NCBI GenBank assembly: GCA_029225165.1
Contig: JAQXVY010000017.1
Location: 43,562-107,561 of the forward strand
From: Oscillospiraceae bacterium
GTDB taxonomy: Bacteria; Bacillota; Clostridia; Oscillospirales; Acutalibacteraceae
DNA: 64,000 nucleotides
Direction: 5' to 3'
Shown in pieces: positions 28,922 to 40,100 of this stretch (positions are counted from its first letter, which is position 1; every line of letters starts with the position of its first letter). A program made the translations under genes and the position numbers. The notes below the pieces were generated by a model. It had not been told where the DNA came from. It ran no database searches and was given only the letters and a program-made list of their open reading frames with translations.

Positions 28922-29839
28922 GTGATAACAATATCAACATATATTCATTTTGCAAAAGAACAGCGAGAACTGGCAAGGCGAACCGACCTTGCTAATTTTT
29001 TAATCAGTCATGGCGAGAAAGTTAAGAAATCAGGTTCAGAATACGAATGGCTTGACGGTTCGCAAAAGGTTACAATCAGAGGTCACCTCTGGTATCATCA
29101 GTACGAACAGAAAGGCGGTGATGCCATTGATTTTGTCAGCAGATTTTACAACAAGGACTATGCCGAAGCAGTAGAAATGCTTTTGAATAACGGTGGCGGT
29201 CAAATCATAACATCGCCACTCATAGAAAAAAGTCACAAATCCTTTGAACTGCCGCCGAGTAATGACAGAATGAGCAGAGTGTTTTCTTATCTGCTGTTGA
29301 CTCGTGGCATTGACAAAGATGTGCTTTTTGAGTTTGTCAGAAATCGAATGATATATGAATCGGCGGATTTTCACAATGCAGTATTTGTCGGTTACGATTC
29401 AAGCGGTAAACCTCGCCACGCACACAAGAGAGGCACGGTGACGAGTAATTCGTACAAAGGCAATGTTGCAGGCAGTCAGCCTGAATATAGTTTTCACTGG
29501 CATGGCACAAGCGACAAGTTATTCTTGTTTGAAGCTCCGATTGATATGCTTTCCTACATTTCAATGCATAAGGACAATTGGAAAAATCACAGCTATGCGG
29601 CATCCTGCTCCGTTTCGGACAGGGTGCTTTTTCAATGTCTGAAAGATAATCCGGACATAAAAAATGTGTTTCTCTGCTTTGACAATGACGAGGCAGGACA
29701 GACAGCAAACAAGCGGATATCCGAAAAATTAAATTCAATGAATATCCAAAACGAAATTCTTGTTCCAACTCATAAAGACTGGAACGAAGATATTTTGAAA
29801 AATGAAAGGACTGAAGAAATATGCCGTCAGGTATTATAA
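28922..29839 (+). CDS. DUF3991/Toprim primase-like protein
   Basis: GGDAIDF, YL...RGID, FEAPIDMLS, LCFDNDEAG, KDWNE. Confidence 0.88.
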   Translation: MITISTYIHFAKEQRELARRTDLANFLISHGEKVKKSGSEYEWLDGSQKVTIRGHLWYHQYEQKGGDAIDFVSRFYNKDYAEAVEMLLNNGGGQIITSPLIEKSHKSFELPPSNDRMSRVFSYLLLTRGIDKDVLFEFVRNRMIYESADFHNAVFVGYDSSGKPRHAHKRGTVTSNSYKGNVAGSQPEYSFHWHGTSDKLFLFEAPIDMLSYISMHKDNWKNHSYAASCSVSDRVLFQCLKDNPDIKNVFLCFDNDEAGQTANKRISEKLNSMNIQNEILVPTHKDWNEDILKNERTEEICRQVL

Positions 29840-31749
29840 CTCTGATTATTGTTGCAGGTTCAATGTTTGCACTGTTCATAATAATTTCAACGGTCGGAAA
29901 TTACTATTCCCTCAACCGCATAAAGAATAAAACAGTCGGTCAGGGCCAGCACGGCACAGCTCGTTGGGCGACTAAAAAAGAGATAAAGAGAACCTACAAG
30001 CAAATTGATTTTAAACCAAATGAATGGCGTACAAATCCTGACAGCAGACCAACTGAACAAGGTATAGTTGTCGGCTGTAAGAACAGCAAAAAAGGAACAA
30101 CGGCAATGGTTGATACAGGAGATGTTCACGCTCTGATGATTGGTGCTGCCGGTGTCGGCAAGACTGCATTTTGGCTTTATCCGTGCATTGAATATGCCTG
30201 TGCAACGGGTATGTCATTTTTATCAACCGACACTAAGGGCGATATTGTTCGAAACTACGGAACGATTGCGGAAAAGTATTACGGCTACAAAATTTCAGTC
30301 ATAGACTTGCGTAATCCGACACGCTCACACGGTAACAATCTCCTGCATCTTGTGAATAAGTATATGGACTTATTCAAAGCCGAACCTAAACAGCTTGTTT
30401 ACAAGGCACGAGCAGAAAAATACGCTAAAATCATTTCAAAAACAATTATTCTTTCGGGTATGGACTCGGCTTCATTCGGACAGAACGCTTACTTTTATGA
30501 TGCCGCAGAAGGATTGCTAACAGCAACCATTCTGCTTGTTTCAGAATTCTGCGAATCCGAAGAAAGGCATATTGTTTCGGTATTCAAAATCATTCAGGAA
30601 TTACTCGCTCCGACCAACAAGAAAGGCAAAAATCAGTTTCAGCTATTAATGGACTATCTTCCCGACGACCACAAGGCAAAATGGTTTGCAGGGGCAGCTC
30701 TAAATACCGCTGAACAAGCTATGTCAAGCGTTATGAGTACGGCACTTTCAAGGCTGAATGCTTTTCTTGATAGTGAGTTGGAACAACTTTTGTGTTTTGA
30801 TACAGAGATAGACGCTGAAAAATTCTGCAATGAAAAGTGTGCAATCTTCATTGTAATGCCCGAGGAAAACCCCAACACCTTCTTTATGGTTTCGCTGATT
30901 ATTCAACAGCTCTACCGTGAGATATTGTCAGTTGCAGACGAAAACGGCGGTGTGATAAAAAACCGCTGTGTGTTCTTCTGCGATGAATTTGGAACCTTGC
31001 CGAAGATTGATTCGGCAGAGATGATATTCTCCGCTTCTCGTTCAAGGCGATTGCAGATAGTTCCAATCATTCAATCCTTTGCACAGTTGGAGAAGAATTA
31101 CGGCAAAGAGGGTGCTGATGTAATTATAGACAACACACAGCTCACAATCTTCGGCGGTTTTGCTCCTAACAGCACAAGTGCAGAAGTGCTATCAAAAGCA
31201 CTTGGCAGTCGTACTGTTATGAGTGGCTCGGTGAGCAGGAGTAAGAATGACCCTTCCCAATCATTGCAGATGATTGAACGACCATTGATGACTCCCGATG
31301 AGCTTAAGTCACTTCCCAAAGGCACATTTGTTGTTATGAAAACAGGTTTTTATCCAATGAAAGTTAAGTTAAAGCTGTTTTTTAAATGGGGCATTCAGTT
31401 TGAAGAAAAGTATGAGGTCATGGAAAACGGCAACCGTGAAGTTCACTATGCCGATCGTTCTGAGTTGTTCAACAACATAATCGAAACATACTGTCCTCAA
31501 TATTTTGAACAGCCTGAGGCTGACTCTGAATTTCAAGATGCAAAAGGTGAGAAAAAATATAAAAATGAAAATCTTAAAACCTCCCCAAATGCAGAACAGA
31601 CCGACCGTGAAGATGTTATTGATTCTGAACATAAAGACGAGCCAACAGAAGAATCCGTAAATTCAAGCGTTGAACAGAACGCAGACAAGCAAAGAAAAGT
31701 AGTCATAAGAACCGAAAGACCACCTCAGGAGGATAACAGTAATGAGTAA
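29821..31749 (+). CDS. virD4: VirD4/TraG type IV coupling protein
   Basis: N-terminal TM; HGTARWA, GAAGVGKT, TDTKGD, DEFGTLP, QSFAQL..NYG. Confidence 0.93.
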   Translation: MPSGIITLIIVAGSMFALFIIISTVGNYYSLNRIKNKTVGQGQHGTARWATKKEIKRTYKQIDFKPNEWRTNPDSRPTEQGIVVGCKNSKKGTTAMVDTGDVHALMIGAAGVGKTAFWLYPCIEYACATGMSFLSTDTKGDIVRNYGTIAEKYYGYKISVIDLRNPTRSHGNNLLHLVNKYMDLFKAEPKQLVYKARAEKYAKIISKTIILSGMDSASFGQNAYFYDAAEGLLTATILLVSEFCESEERHIVSVFKIIQELLAPTNKKGKNQFQLLMDYLPDDHKAKWFAGAALNTAEQAMSSVMSTALSRLNAFLDSELEQLLCFDTEIDAEKFCNEKCAIFIVMPEENPNTFFMVSLIIQQLYREILSVADENGGVIKNRCVFFCDEFGTLPKIDSAEMIFSASRSRRLQIVPIIQSFAQLEKNYGKEGADVIIDNTQLTIFGGFAPNSTSAEVLSKALGSRTVMSGSVSRSKNDPSQSLQMIERPLMTPDELKSLPKGTFVVMKTGFYPMKVKLKLFFKWGIQFEEKYEVMENGNREVHYADRSELFNNIIETYCPQYFEQPEADSEFQDAKGEKKYKNENLKTSPNAEQTDREDVIDSEHKDEPTEESVNSSVEQNADKQRKVVIRTERPPQEDNSNE

Positions 31750-32002
31750 ATTAACTTTTCTTTACCAAATGGACTTACCCCACAGAGCCGTAGCCGTATA
31801 TATCTACCTCTACGACCGAGCGAACAAAAACGGAGAATGCTGGCCCTCAGTAAAAACAATAGCAGGCGACATAAAGCTGTCGCCTGCCACAGTCCGCAGA
31901 TCTATTAAGGATTTGAAAAAAGCAGGGTTGATAGAAACCAAACAGCGTTACCGTGAACAAGGTGGTAAGAGCAGTTTGCTGTTTAATCTAAAGCAATATT
32001 AG
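31742..32002 (+). CDS. winged HTH (HTH_36-type) protein
   Basis: VYIYL..RA...GECWPSVKTIA..IKLS..TV.R.IKDL...GLI. Confidence 0.85.
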   Translation: MSKLTFLYQMDLPHRAVAVYIYLYDRANKNGECWPSVKTIAGDIKLSPATVRRSIKDLKKAGLIETKQRYREQGGKSSLLFNLKQY

Positions 32003-32267
32003 AGATCATACGAATTTTGTGTTCTATTATATAATTCTTAGCGTATCATTCCAGATATAAACAAAAATAAACATATACAATTTCAGAGTATACGCTTTTG
32101 GGTGACCAACTTGTTGTTGACAGATTGTATTCATCTAAATTTTTTGTTTAAATTTGAAGAGATTTTGTTTAGAACCAAAACTGCCTCAATTCTTATATAA
32201 ACTTTAGGATTAGAACAATCCCCTTGCATTTTGCATAGAAGTCTATTCAACGACGATGAAATTCCAG

Positions 32268-32687
32268 TTAATGATTAATAACTAATTCTTTATCAGATAC
32301 TATTGTGTTGACAAAATAAGATTCCGTGTCATTAAGATACACTTTTATATCATCGACATGAACACTATCACTAATTAAGTATGTATATTTATATAAAGTT
32401 TTACTACTGACACTTTTATCGGTAGTATAGTAATATACCGATAGAACATTGTTGTTAATATCAAGATTAGAATTTTTAATTCTAATCTTTGAACTGACAA
32501 AAGCAATGGCTTTTTTGTTCTTGCTTCCGTACATTAAATATGCGCCGTCTTCATTCATTTGCTCCACATAGTAATCGCATAAATTTTTAGTGTCTATTTT
32601 TGCAATATCAGATTGATTTTTACAGCCTGATATACCAAAAGTGAAAAGTGCAATTATTATAAGAAATTTTTTCTTCATCACTACCAC
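32268..32687 (-). CDS. lipoprotein; putative immunity protein of orphan RHS module 2
   Basis: MKKKFLIIIALFTFGISGC lipobox; directly downstream of RHS C-terminal ORF. Confidence 0.65.
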   Translation of the reverse strand: MVVMKKKFLIIIALFTFGISGCKNQSDIAKIDTKNLCDYYVEQMNEDGAYLMYGSKNKKAIAFVSSKIRIKNSNLDINNNVLSVYYYTTDKSVSSKTLYKYTYLISDSVHVDDIKVYLNDTESYFVNTIVSDKELVINH

Positions 32688-32762
32688 TTAATCCTCTCAT
32701 TAACATAAATCCTGATTAATAGACAAATTGGTTATCCAACAGCAACAACAATAAAGATATTG

Positions 32763-33969
32763 TTATTTATAGTAAACTTCAATAAAAATATTGTTTATAT
32801 CGGGCCATTTTATTTTGCCTTTTTGAGTTAATTTATAACTATAATAAAGAACAAAAGCAGAAAAAATCAGAAACTTTATGCGCTTAAATTTTAATTGATA
32901 CACTTTTAATGTGACATTTTTTGTATAGTAGCATAAATAAACGGCTAATTTACTGTACTTTTTTGGATTAGCAGGAATTTCTTGACCAATCTGAAGACCA
33001 ACTTGACAACTTAATGAGCCACCCGCTGCAGCGGATACCAAATCTTTGAAAGAAGCACTAATTTCACCGCTTACAGTAGCACCAATAGTAATTGTTTTTG
33101 ATTTAGTATATTTACTGCATTTTGCCCATTCATTTGTAAGAAAACAATAAAACTCTTTGCTAGTACGCATTCGTTTACCGAATGTGATATCTAGTTTTTT
33201 AAACAGGAAGTATTTTATTACACATCCAGTACAATCTACATAATTAACTGGATTATTCTCACAATAAGCAAACATATTAGTGCTTAAAGAGGAGCCTGTT
33301 TGCGTATCACAATAAACATCCGCATTAATAAATCTACCTGTTTGTGGGTCGTAGTATCTGCTTTGTAGATAGTATAAACCTGTATCAGTATCATACACAT
33401 ATCCACGATAGCGGAAAGGGTTAAAGTCTTTGACATGGGCATAAGTTCCGTTTCCTGAACTTGTTTCGTTCAGAATTTTACCCCAGGCATCGTAAGTGTA
33501 TTCTACTAATACATTACCACTTTCGTTTACAATCTTTGTAATGTCGCCCTGCAAATTCTTTATGTAATAATACATTGTGTCATTGAGGGACATTGCTGTT
33601 ACAGAGTTGTTGCTGTCGTAGTAATAATATGCAACCACACCGCCCTGCATCATCGCAATCAGGTTGTTGTTATCATCATAGTAGTAATATGTAGTGTAGT
33701 TGGAATCATCCTTGCGAGTTCTCAGACCATCTGCATTGTACTTGAATGTAACGGTGTCATTTAAAGTGGTGATTTGGGAAAGTTGTCTTCCATTCTTCCA
33801 CTGCATTGTCATTCCGTCACGATACTGAAGTGGATTTCCTATTGTATCATAAGTAATAGTCTGACCGTTATATGATGTCAGCTTATCCTTCCAAGTAGTA
33901 TCATATCCATAATTATTGGTCTTTTTTAATGCGTCAGTAGTCAGATTGTAAACCTGAACTTTAGTAATG
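32763..33969 (-). pseudogene. orphan RHS core fragment with distinct C-terminal toxin (module 2; ORF 32763-33812)
   Basis: NPFRYRGYVYDTDTGLYYLQSRYYDP; 653-bp near-copy of 37781-38433; no signal peptide or N-terminus. Confidence 0.85.
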
Positions 33970-34084
33970 ATGCTTAGCTCAAACCTTGTTGATTTTATGT
34001 AGATTCAAAAGATTCTGCAATTTCCATAAATGTTTCATAATCTATTTTATAAGAAATTTCAAATAACTGAAAGTCAAATAGATA

Positions 34085-34726
34085 TTATAGTAAATTTGAT
34101 TTTATTTCAGATAATAATTCTGAATTTTTATTCAATTCAATATATTCATCACTGTCACTTAATTCAATCCAATAATTGTCCTGATTATCAACAATGATAT
34201 TTCCGTAAAAATAGGATGCAGGATAATTTTTGTAATAAATCATTAATGACGCAATATTATCTTTAGGATATATGTCCTTATTTGTTTTTTGTGAAGAAAT
34301 TAATATAAATTCATTAACTAAATCAAAATCAGTTATATTTAATTCAAATGTTTTTTGATGGTAACGCAATAATAAATAATCAATATTATTTATATCATTA
34401 TTAGGTAAACCAGACTTATCATTATGAAACAATAATCCATCGTTTTCTATATAAATAAAGTCATTATTGATATCATCATCATATAATCTAATTTTTATTG
34501 AACCTTTGTCATTTTCAATAATTTTTGTTGAGAATTTTTCCGGAGAATTCATTTCCCAGTTTTGCGAAATTATGATATATTTATTACCCTTGTAAATGAT
34601 ATTATTTCGATCCATAGAATCAAATATACCACCACAACCACTGATAATTAGTGATAATGCTATAACCATACCATTTAATATTAGTTTCTTCATAAAAACA
34701 ACCTTATTTTTCATAACAATATCCAT
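34085..34726 (-). CDS. lipoprotein; putative immunity protein of orphan RHS module 1
   Basis: MKKLILNGMVIALSLIISGC lipobox; overlaps toxin stop. Confidence 0.65.
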   Translation of the reverse strand: MDIVMKNKVVFMKKLILNGMVIALSLIISGCGGIFDSMDRNNIIYKGNKYIIISQNWEMNSPEKFSTKIIENDKGSIKIRLYDDDINNDFIYIENDGLLFHNDKSGLPNNDINNIDYLLLRYHQKTFELNITDFDLVNEFILISSQKTNKDIYPKDNIASLMIYYKNYPASYFYGNIIVDNQDNYWIELSDSDEYIELNKNSELLSEIKSNLL

Positions 34727-36273
34727 ACTCTATATCCTAGTTTATTACAAATTGCCGACTTAACCCACGGAGTTCGTTTCAAAGCAGAAAATGCATACCA
34801 TACGGCGGTAAACTGCCATTGTCTATAATCTCCTCTATCAATATTAATTATTTTACCAGCTTCATACCAGTTATATCCTCTATTAAAAAGTTTTATTGTT
34901 ATGTTCGAAATATAATATAGTAGAGCATGAGTGTAGCATTCAGCTGCAATTTGAGTAACACTAAGTCCAGCAACATACCACCCCGCAGGCCACCATTGCC
35001 ATTTTCCTTTCAACCTAATAATATCAGCGGCATACAATAAGCAATAGGCTCTAGATAAAAATTTCTTGCTGATATTAACTTTAAAACCATCATAATTTTT
35101 ATTCCATTTAAAGCCACTTAAATTTTGAGCCCATTTTCCAGTTAAATCTACAAAATTCGCTAAATTATTTTCGCAGTAGGCAAACATATTTGTGCTTAGT
35201 GGTGTACCAGAATTTGTATCTACATATGCTGTATCATCCGCATTGATAAATCTACCTGTTTGCGGGTCGTAGTAGCGAGATTGGAGATAGTAGAGTCCTG
35301 TATCGGTATCATACACATAACCACGATAGCGGAATGGGTTAAAGTCTTTGATGTTGGCATAAGCTCCGTTTCCTGAGCTTGTTTCGTTCAGAATTTTACC
35401 CCAGGCATCGTAAGTGTATTCTACTAATACATTACCACTTTCGTTTACAATCTTTGTAATGTCGCCTTGCAAATTCTTTATGTAATAATACATTGTGTCA
35501 TTGAGGGACATTGCTGTTACAGAGTTGTCGCTGTCGTAGTAATAATATGCAACCACACCGCCCTGCATCATTGCAATCAGGTTGTTGTTATTATCATAGT
35601 AGTAATATGTAGTATAGTTGGAATCATCCTTGCGAGTCCTTAGACCATCTGCATTATACTTGAATGTAACGGTGTCATTTGAAGTGGTGATTTGGGAAAG
35701 CTGTCTTCCGTTCTTCCACTGCATTGTCATTCCGTTACGATACTGAAGTGGATTTCCTATTCTATCATAAGTAATAGTCTGACCGTTATATGATGTCAGC
35801 TTATCCTTCCAAGTAGTATCATAACCATAATTATTGGTCTTTTTTAATGCATTGGTCGTCAGATTATAAACCTGAACTTTAGTAATGTTTCCTGCGTTAT
35901 CATAGGTGATTTTTGTTTTCTCATTACTATAGCTGTCAGTTATTTGGGTAACTTGATTCAGGCTATCATATTCATAACTACTTTGATACCGTGAAGTTAA
36001 GGAGCCTACTCCACCGTTACCTATGTTATAGTTCCTTTCGACTGCAGTAGCAATATTGCCGTTGGCGTCATAGGTATAGTCATAGTTTGTTGATTTGGCT
36101 CCATTATTATATCCATATCGCAGGGATTGAACTTGATTTGTAGTTTTGTGAGAATTATTTACATTTATATATGAATAATCAGCACCAAATAGTTCTTCAT
36201 CATTATGTTTTGTACTCACATAATCAAGTCTGCCAAAATCATCTATATTTATTATGCATATGGCAGACGACAT
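34711..36273 (-). pseudogene. orphan RHS core fragment with distinct C-terminal toxin (module 1)
   Basis: 1013-bp near-copy (35231-36243) of 37777-38789 followed by an unrelated C-terminus. Confidence 0.85.
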
Positions 36274-36385
36274 AAAGCTGTCGCCTGCAACTGTCCGCAG
36301 AGCTATTAAGGATTTGAAAAAGCAGGATTAATCGAAACAGCACAACACTACCGTGAACAGGGTGGTAAGAGCAGTTTACTGTTTA
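36263..36385 (+). pseudogene. diverged duplicate of the 3' half of the HTH gene (31862-31985)
   Basis: gcagacgacataaagctgtcgcctgc...ggtggtaagagcagttt direct repeat with substitutions and a 1-nt deletion. Confidence 0.85.
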
Positions 36386-36798
36386 GATTAATTAATCATT
36401 AAAAATCTGACTAACTTGTAAATTGCACTACTATTTTAATGCGTGTTTGTCTTGGCACAATTATCACCCAAACTTAATCTAACATAAAAGAGTGATTATT
36501 GAGAAGACATAGAACCGTCCCGTTACTTTAGATGAAAATTGCTACGATGCTATCTATTTCTAAAATCAAAAAACAAATTAATCAAGTAAAATACAAAATG
36601 TATTTTAAAACTTTACTATTCATTTTAAATTTAAACCTATCCGAAGAATCCAATACAACAAATACGGAGGATATACCAAATAAAATTAGGACTATTAACA
36701 AATTATATCTGACATAGAAAGTCTCTCTATTTATGAGTATGATGAATAAATTGCTTAATATGCCACTAACCTTTTGGTAAACCCACAAGTTTAATAAA

Positions 36799-37095
36799 TC
36801 AATAAAATAGTGTAGGAAAAGATGAATCATATTCTTGCACATTTTCTTTAACTATAAAAGCTTTTTGTTCGCTATCATTTAGAACAAAATTATTTAACCA
36901 ACAAACAAAAGCATCACTACAAATTCCAATGCCGATTTTATTTCCATATTCATCTTTTTCCCAATATTCATGGTCATTTAGTTTATTAAACAACCATTTA
37001 TCACATTTCTTTTGATATTTTTCGATTTGACTTCCTATCTCGTCTGGAACATCAATAACATCAGTATAAAAATCAAATACCAAATTAATTAACAT
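36799..37095 (-). CDS. putative cytoplasmic immunity protein for the main RHS toxin
   Basis: GGAGGT RBS right after the RHS stop; 98 aa, acidic. Confidence 0.7.
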   Translation of the reverse strand: MLINLVFDFYTDVIDVPDEIGSQIEKYQKKCDKWLFNKLNDHEYWEKDEYGNKIGIGICSDAFVCWLNNFVLNDSEQKAFIVKENVQEYDSSFPTLFY

Positions 37096-37106
37096 CACTA
37101 CCTCCA

Positions 37107-40100
37107 TTAAAACAAATACCATACATGTGCTTTATTCTTTCTACCATACACATGATAATGCCAATAATATCCAATAACATTACTTTTCCCCTTATCTATC
37201 TCAGGACCTACAGGCTTTTTTCCTCCATAAGCACTTTTTGATAACAATTTTGCCTCACGCTTAGTAACAGTAAAAACACTTTTTCCATTTCTTACATAAG
37301 ATCTTGCTTGACGAAGAGTTAGAGATTTTCCAATGTCAACATATCCGCTTTTTAGGCTTGCACTCCAATAACGTGTTCTCGATCTTCTTTTTACTTTATT
37401 TTTAATTTTGTTATCTGCACGTACAACAGTAGTAAATTTTGATATTGCTTTTATACTTTTATTTACTTTATTAAATGACCAATTCCAAATAGATTTTGAT
37501 CCATACCAAATATCATCCCAAATAGAAGATAGACCGTTACCGACAGCATTACAAAAGCCTTGCCATGTTTGCCTAAATTGTTCTGTTGACATCCATCCAC
37601 ATAATACACATACTGTAATTGTCAACCCAATTAATACGAATATGCCATCATCTATTCCTGCTATATAACCATTTTTATCTTTTAAAAAAATTGGATTGTT
37701 ATAGCAATAAGAAAACAGATTGGCTAGATTAATATTAAAATCATTACCTGAAACTGAAGAAAGCAATATCACATCAGTATCATCCGCATTAATAAATCTA
37801 CCTGTTTGCGGGTCGTAGTATCTGCTTTGTAGGTAGTATAAGCCTGTATCGGTATCATACACATATCCACGATAGCGGAAAGGGTTAAAGTCTTTGATGT
37901 TGGCATAAGTTCCGTTTCCTGAGCTTGTTTCTTTCAGAATTTTACCCCAGGCATCATAAGTGTATTCTACTAATACATTACCACTTTCGTTTACAATCTT
38001 TGTAATATCGCCCTGCAAATTCTTTATGTAATAATACATTGTATCATTGAGGGACATTGCTGTTACAGAGTTGTTGCTGTCATAGTAATAATATGCAACC
38101 ACACCGCCCTGCATCATTGCAATCAGGTTGTTGTTATTATCATAGTAGTAATATGTAGTGTAGTCGGAATCATCCTTGCGAGTTCTCAGACCATCTGCAT
38201 TGTACTTGAATGTAACGGTGTCATTTGAAGTGGTGATTTGGGAAAGCTGTCTTCCGTTCTTCCACTGCATTGTCATTCCGTCACGATACTGAAGTGGATT
38301 TCCTATTGTATCATAAGTAATAGTCTGACCGTTATATGATGTCAGCTTATCCTTCCAAGTAGTATCATAGCCATAATTATTGGTCTTTTTTAATGCGTCA
38401 GTAGTCAGATTGTAAACCTGAACTTTAGTAATGTTTCCTGCGTTATCATAAGTGATTTTTGTTTTTTCATTACTATAGCTGTCAGTAACCTGGGTTACTT
38501 GATTCAGGCTATCATATTCATAACTACTTTGATATCGTGAAGTTAAGGAGCCTACTCCGCCGTTACCTATGTTATAGTTCCTTTCAACTGCAGTAGCAAT
38601 ATTGCCGTTGGCGTCATAGGTATAGTCGTAGTTTGTTGATTTGGCTCCATTATTATATCCATATCGCAGGGATTGAACCTGATTTGTTGTTTTGTGAGAA
38701 TTATTTACATTTATATATGAATAATCAGCACCAAATAGTTCTTCATCATTATGTTTTGTACTTACATAATCAAGTCTGCCAAAATCATCAGTTTCACTTG
38801 TTACTTTTACTGTTCGTGGACTATTTTCATCTCCGCTTATGTAATCAACAAATTCGTTATCATCAGCATCAGTTCCACGCTTGATAGTCTTGTATCTATT
38901 GTTAATATTAGTTTGTTCAACAGTATTACCGTCAGAATCAAGAGATACATTATGAACAAGTTTTACAGTACCGTATTCATCTACTGTTTCAGCAGTTTTT
39001 GATACAAGATTACCGTTGCAATCGTAATAATAATTAGTTGTTTGATTTAGCGAATAATCGTGTTCTTTGGTTACAAGACCTTTTTTATTGTAGGTATATG
39101 AAACAATGTCATATCCTGCACCTGAAATTGAAGTGATTCTATCATAACGGTCGTAATAATATCTGTAAAAACCGCCGTTACCATAACTTATTGATTCCAA
39201 ATTACCATTATTACTGTTGTAATTATATGTTACAATACTCTTATTTCCAACCTTTACATTCAACAATTTATTATAAATGTTATAGTTAAAGTTATATGCA
39301 AAATCGTTGTGATTTATTGTAGAAAGCTGGTTTTGATTATTGTATATATAAGTGTTAGACGAATCACCGCTGGAAATGGATTTTACATTCCCCTGAATAT
39401 CATATTCATATTCTGTGGTATTACCCTTGCCATCAGTAACAGAAGTCTGATTTCCGTGTGAATCATATGCATACTCTGTTGTATTGCCGGCTTCATCAAC
39501 TTCTTTAGTTATGTAATTCTCTGTAGAATCATATTCAACAGAAGATTCCATATAATCTTTTGAAGTATCTACAGATTCAGAAACAATATCCTCGTCAATA
39601 GGTTCGTTTTGATTATCACCTGTTGATTCTTCCGGTGTTTCAAAAATCATATCTTCTGCAAAGTTAAGCATAGCATTCTTAACTTCCATTGTATTCTTAT
39701 TGTAACCATATACAAATGCAAAGTCAACTGTATTTATTAACTTATTTGCTTTTTCCGGGGCAATAGATAAACTAACTGATTGTTCAGTTGAAGTATAAGC
39801 ATTATACTCCTGATAGTGATCTTCAGTTGTGCCGTCGGAATAATGGATTTTGAGGGCAATACCAAAGGTACGGTTATCAGAGGTTAATGGAACAGAATCA
39901 GCTTTTGCTGTACCGGAAATTTTAAACACAACATTTGCACGATTTACACTTACAGACTGGAAGATATGTTTATCACTCAGAGAATCGGTGTTATCTGTTA
40001 TATCTTCTTCCGAAGAATCATTATCATCAGTATTGTCTGTTTCCCCATCATTCTTTACTTCGTAAGTTCTGTTATATGTTCTTGTTACAAAGCCCTGTTG

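Noticed and set aside
36582-36842. Hydrophobic minus-strand ORF after the immunity gene
   Set aside because: Overlaps the immunity gene and lacks a clear RBS; may be a decayed membrane-protein fragment but cannot be supported
33317-38789. RHS near-identical repeats as a diversity-generating retroelement TR/VR pair
   Set aside because: No reverse transcriptase in the window; differences are mostly synonymous and not adenine-specific; repeats are far longer than a TR/VR
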